A DNA stretch of 64,000 nucleotides from Oopsacas minuta (Eukaryota > Animalia > Porifera), in the NCBI GenBank assembly GCA_024704765.1, contig JAKMXF010000299.1, positions 434,001 through 498,000 on the forward strand. Direction: 5' to 3'. The translations under genes were made by a program, and so were the position numbers. How positions within the stretch are numbered: the stretch's first letter is position 1; each line of letters opens with the position of its first letter. Shown here in pieces: positions 1 to 10,948 of this stretch. The notes beneath the pieces are model-generated. The model made no database searches and had not been told where the DNA came from. It saw only the letters and a program-made list of their open reading frames with translations.

Positions 1-112
1 ATTATTCGGTTTGACCAACCTAGTACTGATGATATTCGGTTTGGGCCAACCTAATACTGATAATATCGGTTTGGACCAACCTAATTCTGAATACTGATAT
101 TCGGTTGCAACC
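1..112. repeat. Tandem repeat, ~30-31 bp unit, ~3.5 degenerate copies, truncated by the window start
   Basis: Unit approx. ATATTCGGTTTGG(G/A)CCAACCTA(A/G)TACTGAT, with an internal GGTT..AACC dyad. There are no unique spacers between copies. Confidence 0.85.
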
Positions 113-837
113 TTGGTATTTGATATAGTGATAATACACAACCATTTTACTGTACCGACTATACAATAGTATAGCTGCCTAGTATAGTGCTTTTCTCATC
201 TACCGCGACCAAATATTTTGTTTCTGTCGTTCCTATATTGGATATTATGAGATTTTGGTCAGAAATATCTGCGTATTTGACTGAAACTATATGCTATATC
301 TATATGCTATATCTACTTGGGTGTTTCAAATTCTGATCATTACGTACTTATTTTTATACTTTAAATATATTTATTTCTAATTGAATTTTATTATTTTATT
401 CATTGCAATCCAACATATGTACATGTAGAACATGTTTATGTAGCAATCGCAATCAATAAATATGGACAGTCATGCAGAAGTTATTAAATATATATGTTGT
501 TACTACTGGCTGTTAATAATATTAATGCGTAATAATTTTTCTCATATTTTCTGAGAGCTAGCACCAATTTCGTTTCGATAAGATTATCTTCATTATGCAG
601 TAGACACTCACATAAATTCTACAAATGAATACGTTGCTGTTTGTTTTGAGAATTTTAGTAAGAAAGGTTTCAACTGTCTATAGCGTGTGTAATTCTACGT
701 AAAAAGTAAACACAGTTCAACGAGTTTGATGTTATTATTTGCCATGTGGAAAATTGTTTTTCCTGAATAATATTTAATTGAGAAGCCTTCACACTAAACT
801 ACCTTAAAGTGAGTATTACTAATGGCCTAAGTTTTTA

Positions 838-1209
838 TTGTGGAACTTCGTTCATTAAAATTTTGTTCGCTTTTCCGGAGTTCGTATCAACTGGAGTAAT
901 GCCAATTGAAAAACCATAGTAGGGACCTAATTTTGTGTAAATACTGTGTTCATCTCAGAGTTGGAATCGAGTTCGAGTTTCTCGGTCGAGGCGCAATGCG
1001 CCGAGATCATCGCAAAACGACGAGCCCGTATTAGTTAAAATGTCAACAAAACATATTTTAGAGGAATTTCAGTTAATATCTACACTTCGGGTTCGGGTCG
1101 GGTTTGGGTTGAAGATCGTTGGGTTCTGAAAAGTGGACCTGATTCCAACTCTGGTTCATCTTATCTGGAAATTCGTATTAACCCCGTTAGTAATAACGAA
1201 GTTCCACTG
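838..1209. mobile_element. Decayed pogo/Tigger-like MITE, interrupted by a hAT MITE
   Basis: Left end (tt)GTGGAACTTCGTT at 838-852 is inverted to AACGAAGTTCCACTG|TA at 1195-1211. CAGT-type terminus with a TA target. Confidence 0.5.
956..1153. mobile_element. hAT-type MITE (198 bp)
   Basis: Perfect 13-bp TIR CAGAGTTGGAATC (956-968) / GATTCCAACTCTG (1141-1153). Perfect 8-bp TSD GTTCATCT (948-955, 1154-1161). Internal CGGGTT-type repeats. Confidence 0.88.
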
Positions 1210-3073
1210 TAATTGATTTCAATGGAGTCGAATAAATCTTTCATTTTAATCAAATATTGAATATTTAGCTATAAATATCTTTCTTGATGGAGGGCATCAA
1301 GAATCGTTTGATATAAAATATGATACTGACTCATTTTAGTTATCCCATCTTTAGTTATACGTGCTTGTTTAAGAATGTTAATAACCTTTGATGTGTATAA
1401 TCAGTATTAGACATTTATGTACAGTAGAATATATATATATGCCAGAATTAGTATAATCTTTTGTCATATACTTGACTTAGTTATGAGTATATCAAGGGAC
1501 ATTGAAAAGTTCGTGTGATCTTTATTATTATATTTCACTTGTTGTAATTCATTTTGCAAGAGATCTCAATAATTAGCATTGATCAATTACAGTTGACTGC
1601 GATTATATTATCTCGAACAGATTTTCATTTTCCCTTACAGGGGCGACGCAAACAGTCAGGCTATGGCCTGTAATGTTGTATGGCAGGGCCTGCACTTTAC
1701 AATAGATCAAGCCAATGGCCTGGCCGCTATTTAGTGCTTTCCGCGGCCCTTGCCTTAAGTTTGGAGATGCCAACTCTATTGTTATATTCCTACTTTTGAA
1801 GACATTCCTGATAGCTTATTAGTTACTAGATATTTATTATTTGATCTACCATATTTATTAATCACTTCCTGATTAGTTACACAATTAACTCTCATTTAAT
1901 AATTCGGCAATAGGTATGTACATGTGGAATCCCTAATTATTCCTAATTAGGTGAACATTATGCAATCACTTTTGTTTTTAGTAGTTAAATTTAGCATTTC
2001 ACACTATTACGCAACAACCACATTCTATAAATAGCATAGATACGTCAATCTTTTGCCTACTAAGAGAAATTCTTCACGATACGAAACACTTTGAAAGTTT
2101 TTACATTAGGAAGACCATTTTTTTTGAAATTATACTTTCGTATTTCAAAATACCTTTTTTCTGAGCAAAATATTCCATAGATTGTAATATACCCATTAAT
2201 TTAACTCTTATATAAATGACCTAAATTCAGTCCCTTAAATTCCTTTCAATGAGATAATACGAATTCCTGAATAAATTAGTACGGAGTACAATTTCCCATG
2301 GTATTTGTCTTATCGAGTGTCAAGTCCAGGGCGGCGCCACCGGTCCGGTTGCCCCGGTTCTAACCGGACTACTTATTGGTGTTGTTAGTACTGTTTCTAT
2401 GGTAAGTGACATTTCAACAGGATCACTTTCGTGAGGCTGCTATAATTTAACTGGACCACTTTAAAAAAAACTGTGCCGCCGGGCTTGATGCAACTAATAG
2501 TATTCATATGTTTATGTCACTTCTTTGTCAATACAATATCCGTGTACAATCCGTGTACAATTGTACATGTTTGTAGACGTACTTCTCTATTTCTAATGTA
2601 TTGACTGCATTGTTAAGCGTTCTTCACTGATATGAACGATGGCTAAATATCAATGTTTTGCTTGTAATATTTGGGTACTTCAGCTTTTTCAAAGTTTATA
2701 GTTCACGTACAATATGGAAAACTGAAACTGAGATTACAACAGTTGATAGATTTCAAGATAATTATTACTCTTTCATGTATGGTTGGTTATAGCTGGGAAA
2801 ATCGATGATTAAGCAAATATTACTTACTCACCTTTCCACGTTTACACTTGGTAGTTTGTGGTGACTAACCAATATACTGAAATGTTTAAACCAGTCACCT
2901 GTTGAGAAAATGCTCAAAGCATCATTCTTGTTATTACACTACACTTGTGACTGGAAGTGACACTAAATCTTATGATGTTCTAGTAGAATATGTTCTTATT
3001 GCTGTGTAATAGGTATATATGTTACGTATTGGTATTAGCCAATCTGTAATAAATATTCAGCTTTTCTTAGCAA

Positions 3074-3616
3074 TTAGACAATATATTTGTTTCGGTTTGA
3101 GTAAATTTCATTTTCAAGTTTTGATTTCTTTGATTTTCTTTGATTATTTCGGATCATTTCTGGTAAGTGGTCCCTTTCATATATTTATATATCTGTCATT
3201 TTGGAGTGTACAGCCCCCAGACACGTCATTGCAGTCAACATTTCCTCATCTGTGCTTTGTGCATAATTTGTAACCTCTTTTTTTCTAATCATCCGAAATT
3301 TCTGGGCTAGTTGCAAAGAGTTCAAATAATCAAAGTTACAGTGAAAGTGAACACGATTGATGATTACCCTAAGAATTATAGATATTGTTTCAATGAATTC
3401 ACGAACTTTGATTCCCGCGTTCATACGATTGTTTATACAAATGCATATATCAGTGAGTGCATTATACTTCTGGATAAATCATTCATTCAAATATGTTTCT
3501 ATCCGCTTTATTTCTCCAAAAATGTTCTTTGTTTCCTGTTGCAATGATTTGTTCATAAGTTTGATTAGTTAATTATCCCATGAATTAACAGTTTTTCTAC
3601 CAATTTTAGTCGCCAT
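3074..3616 (-). pseudogene. Possible decayed ORF of unknown identity (181 codons, 3 internal stops)
   Basis: One frame runs MATKIGRKTVNSWDN*LIKLMNKSLQQETKNIFGEIKRIETYLNE*FIQKY...SKMTDI*IYERDHLPEMIRNNQRKSKKSKLENEIYSNRNKYIV*, with K/E/N-rich coding-like composition. No family recognised. Confidence 0.22.
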
Positions 3617-6091
3617 ATTGTATAAACATTAATAATGGCCACAATTAAATCTTTCATTTTGCTTTTTCAGAAATTTTAATCTTTACAAAACGATATATGG
3701 AATTTGCTGGCTATGTGATATTGTACAATGCAAATAGACGAGTATCTCACACTATTTCACATTTATTAATTTTAATTTTCGCGGATTACGAATCATACCA
3801 ATACCAACGCGTTAGAAGCCTTCTATAATAAATTGAGAAAATCTTGTAATGTCTAAATTTAGAAAAATGGCGCTTTTTCGAATTATCCCCACATATTTCT
3901 AATTTTGTGGTTTGTAATTACATTTTACATCACTTTCCATAATTTTAATGATTTACTTGGGTCTTTACTCGTAGTTACATATAATTTTTAAGTCAAATAT
4001 GTTACTACGAAAATGTAGCAACCTTTAGTGACTTTGGGGATTTGTAATTAGTTGCTACGAATAAAAACTCTTAATTCATTTAATTGTATAATCCAAAACT
4101 TTTGAATATTTTTCTGTTTTTTATTGAAAATTTCAGTTTTACGTATGAATCTTTCGCCACTTTCTAAAAATCTCCTACGGAATCCAAATATTTCGTTCAA
4201 AACTTGCGAATCACTATTGAGATGGTTATGGAGCTTACTGCTCTTTATTGACCACGGTTACAATTACAAGTATTATTATTCTATTGGGAGTTATAGTTAA
4301 CTGCGGTCGTTGAATATTCAATTTTATTGGTTTTCTTACTGCATTTAGTTATGTAAATCAATTATCGACGTCTCTAACTGTCAGTATATTAAATTAATGT
4401 CGCAAAACCCTTTGGTCAATTCTCAAAAAGAGAAGAGAAATTGTTGCGGGCTATCTTTTCAGAATTATCCATCAAATATTTTTTCCATAATTAACTTGTA
4501 AATTCTACCTAATTAGTGGATGATGCAATTCTATTTTCAAATATAATTACATATGGCTGTTTTGATAAGTTTCCAACTACAATTCATATATTTATACTTA
4601 ATTTTCCTAATATGTGAAGTTGTAACACGTGCGTGTTATTTGTTGATCACGTTTTAAGTTGTTTTTATACTTTTAAGAATTATTTGCTATTGAAGCCTCA
4701 TATAATTGCCTGTCTTAGACAATACAAGACATTTAGCTATTATCTCTGAATATTAATTATTCAACTTATCATATGGAAAGTCACCGGATCCCATATTCAT
4801 TTTTATTATAGTTTCACGTATTGAATAGATTCCCATAATGACTGATAATTAGTTCAATAATTCTAATTTTACAATTAATTAACCTAGATAAATTCTATTA
4901 TTAAACTTGTTAAAAATTTGTACTAATTATATGTGATGACAAGTCACCTAAGTTGATGTAATGACCTGATATTGCACTGTGAATAACCAAATTTATGGAC
5001 GTATTAAATACATACCTTCCCTCTTTATGATTAAAATTTTATCTCTTTAAAAGAGCCACTATGTATACATAGTTTAATCATAGAAGTAAACAGGGACGTA
5101 GTTAAACCTTGGCCAATGAGACCTGGCCCTGGGTATCAAATTCGATATGTAATTTAATTCTTTGTTACTAACTAAATATTCAGGTATCCGGCCCAGTCCC
5201 GAAAACTTTCGTGGAACTTATAGAAATAACACTGTATACTTTCTGATATGTAATACAGTGGATTTCGCCTATTAGCAAGTCGTATTTGCACGAATTTCCC
5301 TTACTAATTCGCGAACTTGCTATTAGAGCGATTATTACAATACAAAATGGACTCGATGATTCTGAAAAAGTGGTACATGCTTAAAATTCGCGACCATAAT
5401 TATATATTAGGCGTAAATTTTCGCTACCACATTACGTCCAACAAAACTACACTCTGACTGTGAATTTTTTCTTTATCTGAAACACGATTCGTTAATAACA
5501 CAGAAATCTGCTCTCTCTAATTTCTTCCAAAACTGACCTCACTTAATCTAGTCACGGTTATTCTATTATATATTTTATATAAGATTACAGAATTACTGCT
5601 AGGATTCCCTATATACAATATTCAATTTGATGGAATTGCACATGCGCTGAATTTTCTGTCAATTGAGAGCATTGTATAATCAAAGTTGATTTATGTTCAT
5701 TATGCATCTCTGTAATTTCAATGTTGATTCCACGAATTATATTCAATGATGTGTGCTCTTTTGTGTTACAGTCTACTTGTAACAATTCTAAAAACATTAG
5801 TTTACAATTTTGAACTCTCCCTACAATATGCTCTACGTAATGAAGCTATTATACTTTTTGCTGTTATAGTTGGGTTTCCTTGAATTTTTCCTTCCATCTC
5901 AAAGAATATTATTCCAATACAATATGCCTTATACATTGGTTGAACACTCCATTAAATGCAGCTCTTGTATAAATAGACCAATTGTGTTCAACTGCATTAC
6001 TTCCAATTATACTTCGAATTCAGCTGTTTTTAACTTAATTTTACTCTCCAATGAATTATTACTATTTCTAATTCTACTTCAGATCTCGCTT

Positions 6092-9000
6092 ATGAATACC
6101 GAATCAATTCGATTTTTATCAACTCGTCTCAATCATATATGCAAAAAATCAATGGAATCGCTTCCCAATAAAGAAAAGAAAAGTTCTGGCACTCTAAACA
6201 AATTTTTATCGATGTTCAAGGTGAATACGCATCAGAGTCAGGGACAGTTTCACCAGAACGAGCGAGAAATAATTCAGCGAATAACTAACGGACACGTTCT
6301 CTCGATGCATGATCTCGATCCTCTCAATCAAGATCAGCTGTTAGAACGACGATGTGATATCCTCCACCATTTGGGCAATAGTGTTGCAACTAGACAAATA
6401 CCAACTCAGACAGTTGACAACCTAATGGATACAATAGTAGATCTACTCGATGCAAACCATTCTACTCATATACGCCGGGCTGTACTATCTTTCCTCTGTG
6501 ACTTGACTACAGGACAATATGCACATCTTCCATTACGTGGCCGCATATTAAATATTCTCATAAAACAACCGCTGCAGCCAGATGAAGGGGATCTCAAAAT
6601 GAAACTGTTGGCAGTTGTCACTCGAAACGCTCTTGATGTAGCGGATCTGAGTGATGAAATCCTCTCTTTCCTATACAAAATACTTGATAGTTTGGATTCA
6701 GTTCCAACAGATGTATTCATCTCAATTCTAATTTCGTTCATCACTAACGAAATGAATGATATCCCCGAAGAATCATTGTCTGAGTTAATATCAAAAGTAG
6801 CGAACAGAAGTTTGGGATCTGTTACAGGGGAAGAACATAACTTTTTGCCATTTTTTCACGACATTATTTCAAACATAAAGATCCCTCGATCCTGTCTCCC
6901 GGCATTAATACTCGCGTTATGCTACAATGTCAATCTATCTCAACATTCAGAAGAATCCTGGAACATAACAAAATTGACTATTGTCTCGTGTCAACTTTCG
7001 CCTGTCGTACGATCTCTGTGTGATCAAATAGAGCAGTCATATTCCTCTCACGAAAAGGTCGACGGAGAGGTGACAAGAGGCGCAATTCTGCTACTTTCTT
7101 ACTCTCTATGGGGACCCCATGCTCAGCCTGACCTAATGCATTACTTCTCAAATGTTCTATCGTATATATTGAGAGCTATAAGATGTAGTCCGCATCCATC
7201 TGTTTGGTATGAGATATGCTTGTCTATCAATAGTCTAGTACAGAAATACGGATACACAATCAATAATGATAAGATCTGGGAGAAAATACTGAACATTTGC
7301 CATAATTTAAAAACTCTTATATTTCCTAATTTGAAGAATTCGCCTGAAGTCATCCAGACTTTCAAACAGTTACTGGCAAGCTTAGAGAATTTCTGTTTTT
7401 CCGACGAGATTTCCTATTTCAAGCAACGTCCACTTATTGTATTACAACTTTTTGAAGAGATGAGGCCTTACCACTCCGAAGCAAACGTAATTGCATTTAT
7501 CAATTACAAAACACGAGGATTCCACTTCAATACAAATCAATGGATTGAGAAACTATACAATTTTGCATTATCTTTCTTTATACAAGAATCCCGTGTGAAT
7601 GTACGTATCAGATCTTTCCAAGTGATTCGTGAACAATTCTACTCCGCATGTAATATGTATGGGGATCAATTATTACGTGACGTCATTTTACACATGTTTA
7701 CTACATTCCCTCATGATCCACCTCAAGTTAAACTCTCTCTAATTCATTTCGTTACAGATTTATGTGCGATGAAGACAAACTATTTCGACACATTATTCTC
7801 TATTCTCTCACAACCTCTTGAAAAGGAACATCTTAAAAGAGTTGAATTCGAATCTCATTCAAAAGTTCTACTAGCTGTGGTAGAAGGTATGTGCCAGACA
7901 TTTCATAAAAAGATGGATCATTCTTCTTCAAAACACGTTCTACTCATTTATATCAAATTAATCGAATCATTAGAAAACATCTACAATTCTGAATCCATAT
8001 ATAAACAACCTTTAGCCATTGCCTTACGTGGAAATATATTCGTCACTCTTCTATCTCTTCGTGCTGATCCAAAAGGCTATGTTGGTTATCAAAAAGAAGG
8101 AGGAACAATTCGTTATTCATCTCATCTCCACTGCGGTAATTCTGAACCCAAGAGTACTACGAGTCATCTCGCGTCTCCCGTGGACCCTAACTCCCTCCCA
8201 CCTAAAGCAACAACCCTCGACTCAAACAAACTATTCGAGAAGGTTATAATGCTAGCATTTACAAGAGAACATGACTATGGAATGCTTCAGTGTGTGTTTC
8301 GTCACTTGAATGATCTTCTATACAACAAGATATGGGTATTATCTGGTGAGATTAATCTCAATACATTCTGTGAGCATCTAATCACTCTAACTAACTTCGA
8401 TAACATTTTGCTATCAGGTTACGAATACAGAGATTTCTCTGCTTCAGCCTACCTCACTTTAATACCCATTACATCATATATGAACTTACTCGATCCTAAT
8501 ACCCAGAATAAATTAATCCTAGCATTAGTTAACGGAGTAATGGATATTAAATCTAGTGCTAATGAGGAATGTCTAGATGCACTTACTATCTGCTCAGTTG
8601 AGACCCCAGGGATCCTAACTCGCTATATAGCTGATATTATAGACAATCTGAAACGATTATCTAATGTAAAGTCTATGGCAGTACCAATACTGAAATTCCT
8701 ATCATTGATAATACACGTTCCAGAGCTATATTCAGATTTCACACACCAGCAATACATGATAGTTCTAGCACTTACTAAATCGTTTACAGATAGTCAAGTG
8801 TTTACCCGGTACGTGGTTTCACTAGCTTACCAAATGATCGGAGCATGGTTTATTCGATCCAGATTGCAGTTTCGGAAGAAACTAGCCGCTTATCTCATCA
8901 AATCTTTCAGTAAGAATTTAGATGAACCATATATGGGACCTGACTACTCTAGCATTAAACTACCCTCCAAAAGTCAGGACAAACATCGTGCTCTCTCCAC

Positions 9001-10948
9001 CAGTGAGCTTCCTCGTCATCCAGACTACACAGCTGATCTGAAACAAGCCTGTATGGATATGCTAGTCCGGTACTGCTACTCCAATACATCTACACATATT
9101 GATAGATCTCCGTTAGCTGATTACTTGTTGTCTGGTGGACAGTACAAGACATGGATGATAGGTAGCATTCTAGTGACGATACAAACAAGCTCTGGCGTAG
9201 AGGGAGAGGAGAGAGAAGGAACATGTGAACGCTGTAACGCCCTGCAAACTTTAAACCATACAAATACACCACTCTTCAATCAAACAGCTTCTGAGCATTT
9301 ATCTCCAAATGCTAAAGCTTGTTTCAGTGCAGAACAGACAGATACAGCAGTAGTAGACACTAGTAATTGTTCTTGCTGGTGTAAAGGCTGGGCAGAGGTT
9401 AAAGTACGAAGACCTACAGGAGATTGTAACTGGTTAATGCGTATACAGAATAGACTGAATATATACAGATCTCCTAATCCAGGAGAGCCCATATGTCTAG
9501 CCGCGTTTATACAGGACATAAACCTCCCTAAGACAAGTAGATCCTCTTCCTCCGATTCTAGAGAGGGTACTCCCACCCTCCTCATGAGGTCTATAAAGAG
9601 TACCACACCCAGCCCTCTACTAGTACCGAAGCATAATAGCTCTCCTGACCTGAATGATACAAATCAACATATCTCTATAGACAGTGAATCCTTAGTACAT
9701 TCTGATTCTGATAGAACTGAGCATAGTGTATTACCGGGAGATAGCTCTTCTCTAAGTATTCCTACTTCTCCAGTATCTCCACCGCTTTCTCTTACACCAT
9801 TACTATCCTATGAACGTGACATTCTACAGACTGAAAGTATTAATAACTCCTCAGGGATTGATGAGACTCCGTTAGGGTTTGCTGGAAATAGGAATTCTCC
9901 TCTACTCACTAGTAGTCCCCCTCAAATCGTCAAACCTCGCTCTAACTCAACTGACTCAGATCATTTCTCATCACAATCCAGTTCTCCACCTCTCTCTGTC
10001 ACACCCTCCAGCACCATATGTCGTTCTCACTCCCCAGAAGCACCTGGAGGTAACAAACGATTCAGATTCACACCCAGTGAATACGAGCCACACAGCACTT
10101 CACTAGACCAACCAGCAATACGTACTTCTGATACAGACCCGTCCTTCATATTCCTACAGCTTTATCAAGGTGGTCAATTCGGTAACATGAATACTCCTAT
10201 ACTCCTTGACTGTCCTCAAGTAGAAGAAAAGCTACGTAAGCAAACCAAGAACTCTATCAAAGTGCTAGATCTTATTCTACCATTCTATAACCACGCGCTA
10301 GGCGTTATCTACATGGACCATGGACAGACTACAGAACGTCAGCTACTGAACAATACTAGAGGTTCAGAGAGGTATAACAAGTTCCTATGTGGCCTGGGAG
10401 AATTCATAGATGTATCCAACTCCGACAAATATCAACTTTGGGTTGGCGGACTCCAAAGTGACGACTGCCGCTATACATTCCATTGGCAAGATGACATCAC
10501 CCAGGTAGCTTTCCACATTGCTACATTTATGTCAAACTTACCTCATGACCCTGGTTGTACAAACAAGAAACGTCACATCGGTAATGATAATGTTATAATT
10601 ATCTACAAAGATTCTACCCGACCTTACCAACAAGGCTTAATTACGAGTGAAAAGACTCTAGTTGAAATCGTGATAGAACCTCTACCTTGTCTACTCAACA
10701 AGATAACTGTCTTATATAAGGAAGATATTGAGGGTATTCAAGCACTTAGATCCTGCTATGCAGTTGATAGTGTACTCGCGATTTATGTTCGCCAGCTTGC
10801 TATCCTTTCTGATGTCGCTGTTAAACTTTCTCGTGGTGAACCTTCTAACTGGGTTGCTCGACTACAACTTATCAAAAAGATACGAGAACGTCATGAAGCT
10901 GGGCAAACACTTCCCGAAACTCCTGCAGACTTTACCCTCTATACATAG
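6092..10948 (+). CDS. TSC2: Tuberin (TSC complex subunit 2, Rheb GAP), single-exon CDS
   Basis: Long ORF with an N-terminal helical region, the tuberin central segment (YVVSLAYQMIGAWFIRSRLQFRK; CWCKGWAEVKVRRPTGDCNWLMRIQN), a Ser/Pro-rich linker, the DPSFIFLQLY motif and a C-terminal Rap/RanGAP-like domain with the Asn-thumb motif KKRHIGND. Start is probably ATG 6092 (or 6152); the ORF-track extension from 5870 looks non-coding. Confidence 0.95.
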   Translation: MNTESIRFLSTRLNHICKKSMESLPNKEKKSSGTLNKFLSMFKVNTHQSQGQFHQNEREIIQRITNGHVLSMHDLDPLNQDQLLERRCDILHHLGNSVATRQIPTQTVDNLMDTIVDLLDANHSTHIRRAVLSFLCDLTTGQYAHLPLRGRILNILIKQPLQPDEGDLKMKLLAVVTRNALDVADLSDEILSFLYKILDSLDSVPTDVFISILISFITNEMNDIPEESLSELISKVANRSLGSVTGEEHNFLPFFHDIISNIKIPRSCLPALILALCYNVNLSQHSEESWNITKLTIVSCQLSPVVRSLCDQIEQSYSSHEKVDGEVTRGAILLLSYSLWGPHAQPDLMHYFSNVLSYILRAIRCSPHPSVWYEICLSINSLVQKYGYTINNDKIWEKILNICHNLKTLIFPNLKNSPEVIQTFKQLLASLENFCFSDEISYFKQRPLIVLQLFEEMRPYHSEANVIAFINYKTRGFHFNTNQWIEKLYNFALSFFIQESRVNVRIRSFQVIREQFYSACNMYGDQLLRDVILHMFTTFPHDPPQVKLSLIHFVTDLCAMKTNYFDTLFSILSQPLEKEHLKRVEFESHSKVLLAVVEGMCQTFHKKMDHSSSKHVLLIYIKLIESLENIYNSESIYKQPLAIALRGNIFVTLLSLRADPKGYVGYQKEGGTIRYSSHLHCGNSEPKSTTSHLASPVDPNSLPPKATTLDSNKLFEKVIMLAFTREHDYGMLQCVFRHLNDLLYNKIWVLSGEINLNTFCEHLITLTNFDNILLSGYEYRDFSASAYLTLIPITSYMNLLDPNTQNKLILALVNGVMDIKSSANEECLDALTICSVETPGILTRYIADIIDNLKRLSNVKSMAVPILKFLSLIIHVPELYSDFTHQQYMIVLALTKSFTDSQVFTRYVVSLAYQMIGAWFIRSRLQFRKKLAAYLIKSFSKNLDEPYMGPDYSSIKLPSKSQDKHRALSTSELPRHPDYTADLKQACMDMLVRYCYSNTSTHIDRSPLADYLLSGGQYKTWMIGSILVTIQTSSGVEGEEREGTCERCNALQTLNHTNTPLFNQTASEHLSPNAKACFSAEQTDTAVVDTSNCSCWCKGWAEVKVRRPTGDCNWLMRIQNRLNIYRSPNPGEPICLAAFIQDINLPKTSRSSSSDSREGTPTLLMRSIKSTTPSPLLVPKHNSSPDLNDTNQHISIDSESLVHSDSDRTEHSVLPGDSSSLSIPTSPVSPPLSLTPLLSYERDILQTESINNSSGIDETPLGFAGNRNSPLLTSSPPQIVKPRSNSTDSDHFSSQSSSPPLSVTPSSTICRSHSPEAPGGNKRFRFTPSEYEPHSTSLDQPAIRTSDTDPSFIFLQLYQGGQFGNMNTPILLDCPQVEEKLRKQTKNSIKVLDLILPFYNHALGVIYMDHGQTTERQLLNNTRGSERYNKFLCGLGEFIDVSNSDKYQLWVGGLQSDDCRYTFHWQDDITQVAFHIATFMSNLPHDPGCTNKKRHIGNDNVIIIYKDSTRPYQQGLITSEKTLVEIVIEPLPCLLNKITVLYKEDIEGIQALRSCYAVDSVLAIYVRQLAILSDVAVKLSRGEPSNWVARLQLIKKIRERHEAGQTLPETPADFTLYT

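Noticed and set aside
1-112. CRISPR-like array (about 30-bp partly palindromic repeats)
   Set aside because: The repeats are contiguous without unique spacers, there are no cas genes, and the context is eukaryotic.
3074-3616. Alternative genetic code (stop-codon readthrough) to explain the interrupted frame
   Set aside because: Genuine genes in the window end in TAA, TAG and TGA, so the standard code applies.
5870-6091. N-terminal 74 codons of the 1692-aa ORF
   Set aside because: The ORF-track start is TTG, the sequence is T-rich and intron/UTR-like with an acceptor at 6082, and TSC2-like sequence begins after 6092-6152.
6466-10106. Short ORFs overlapping TSC2 (e.g. 6466-6744, 9280-9606, 9879-10106)
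   Set aside because: Shadow frames of a long coding exon with no recognisable motifs.
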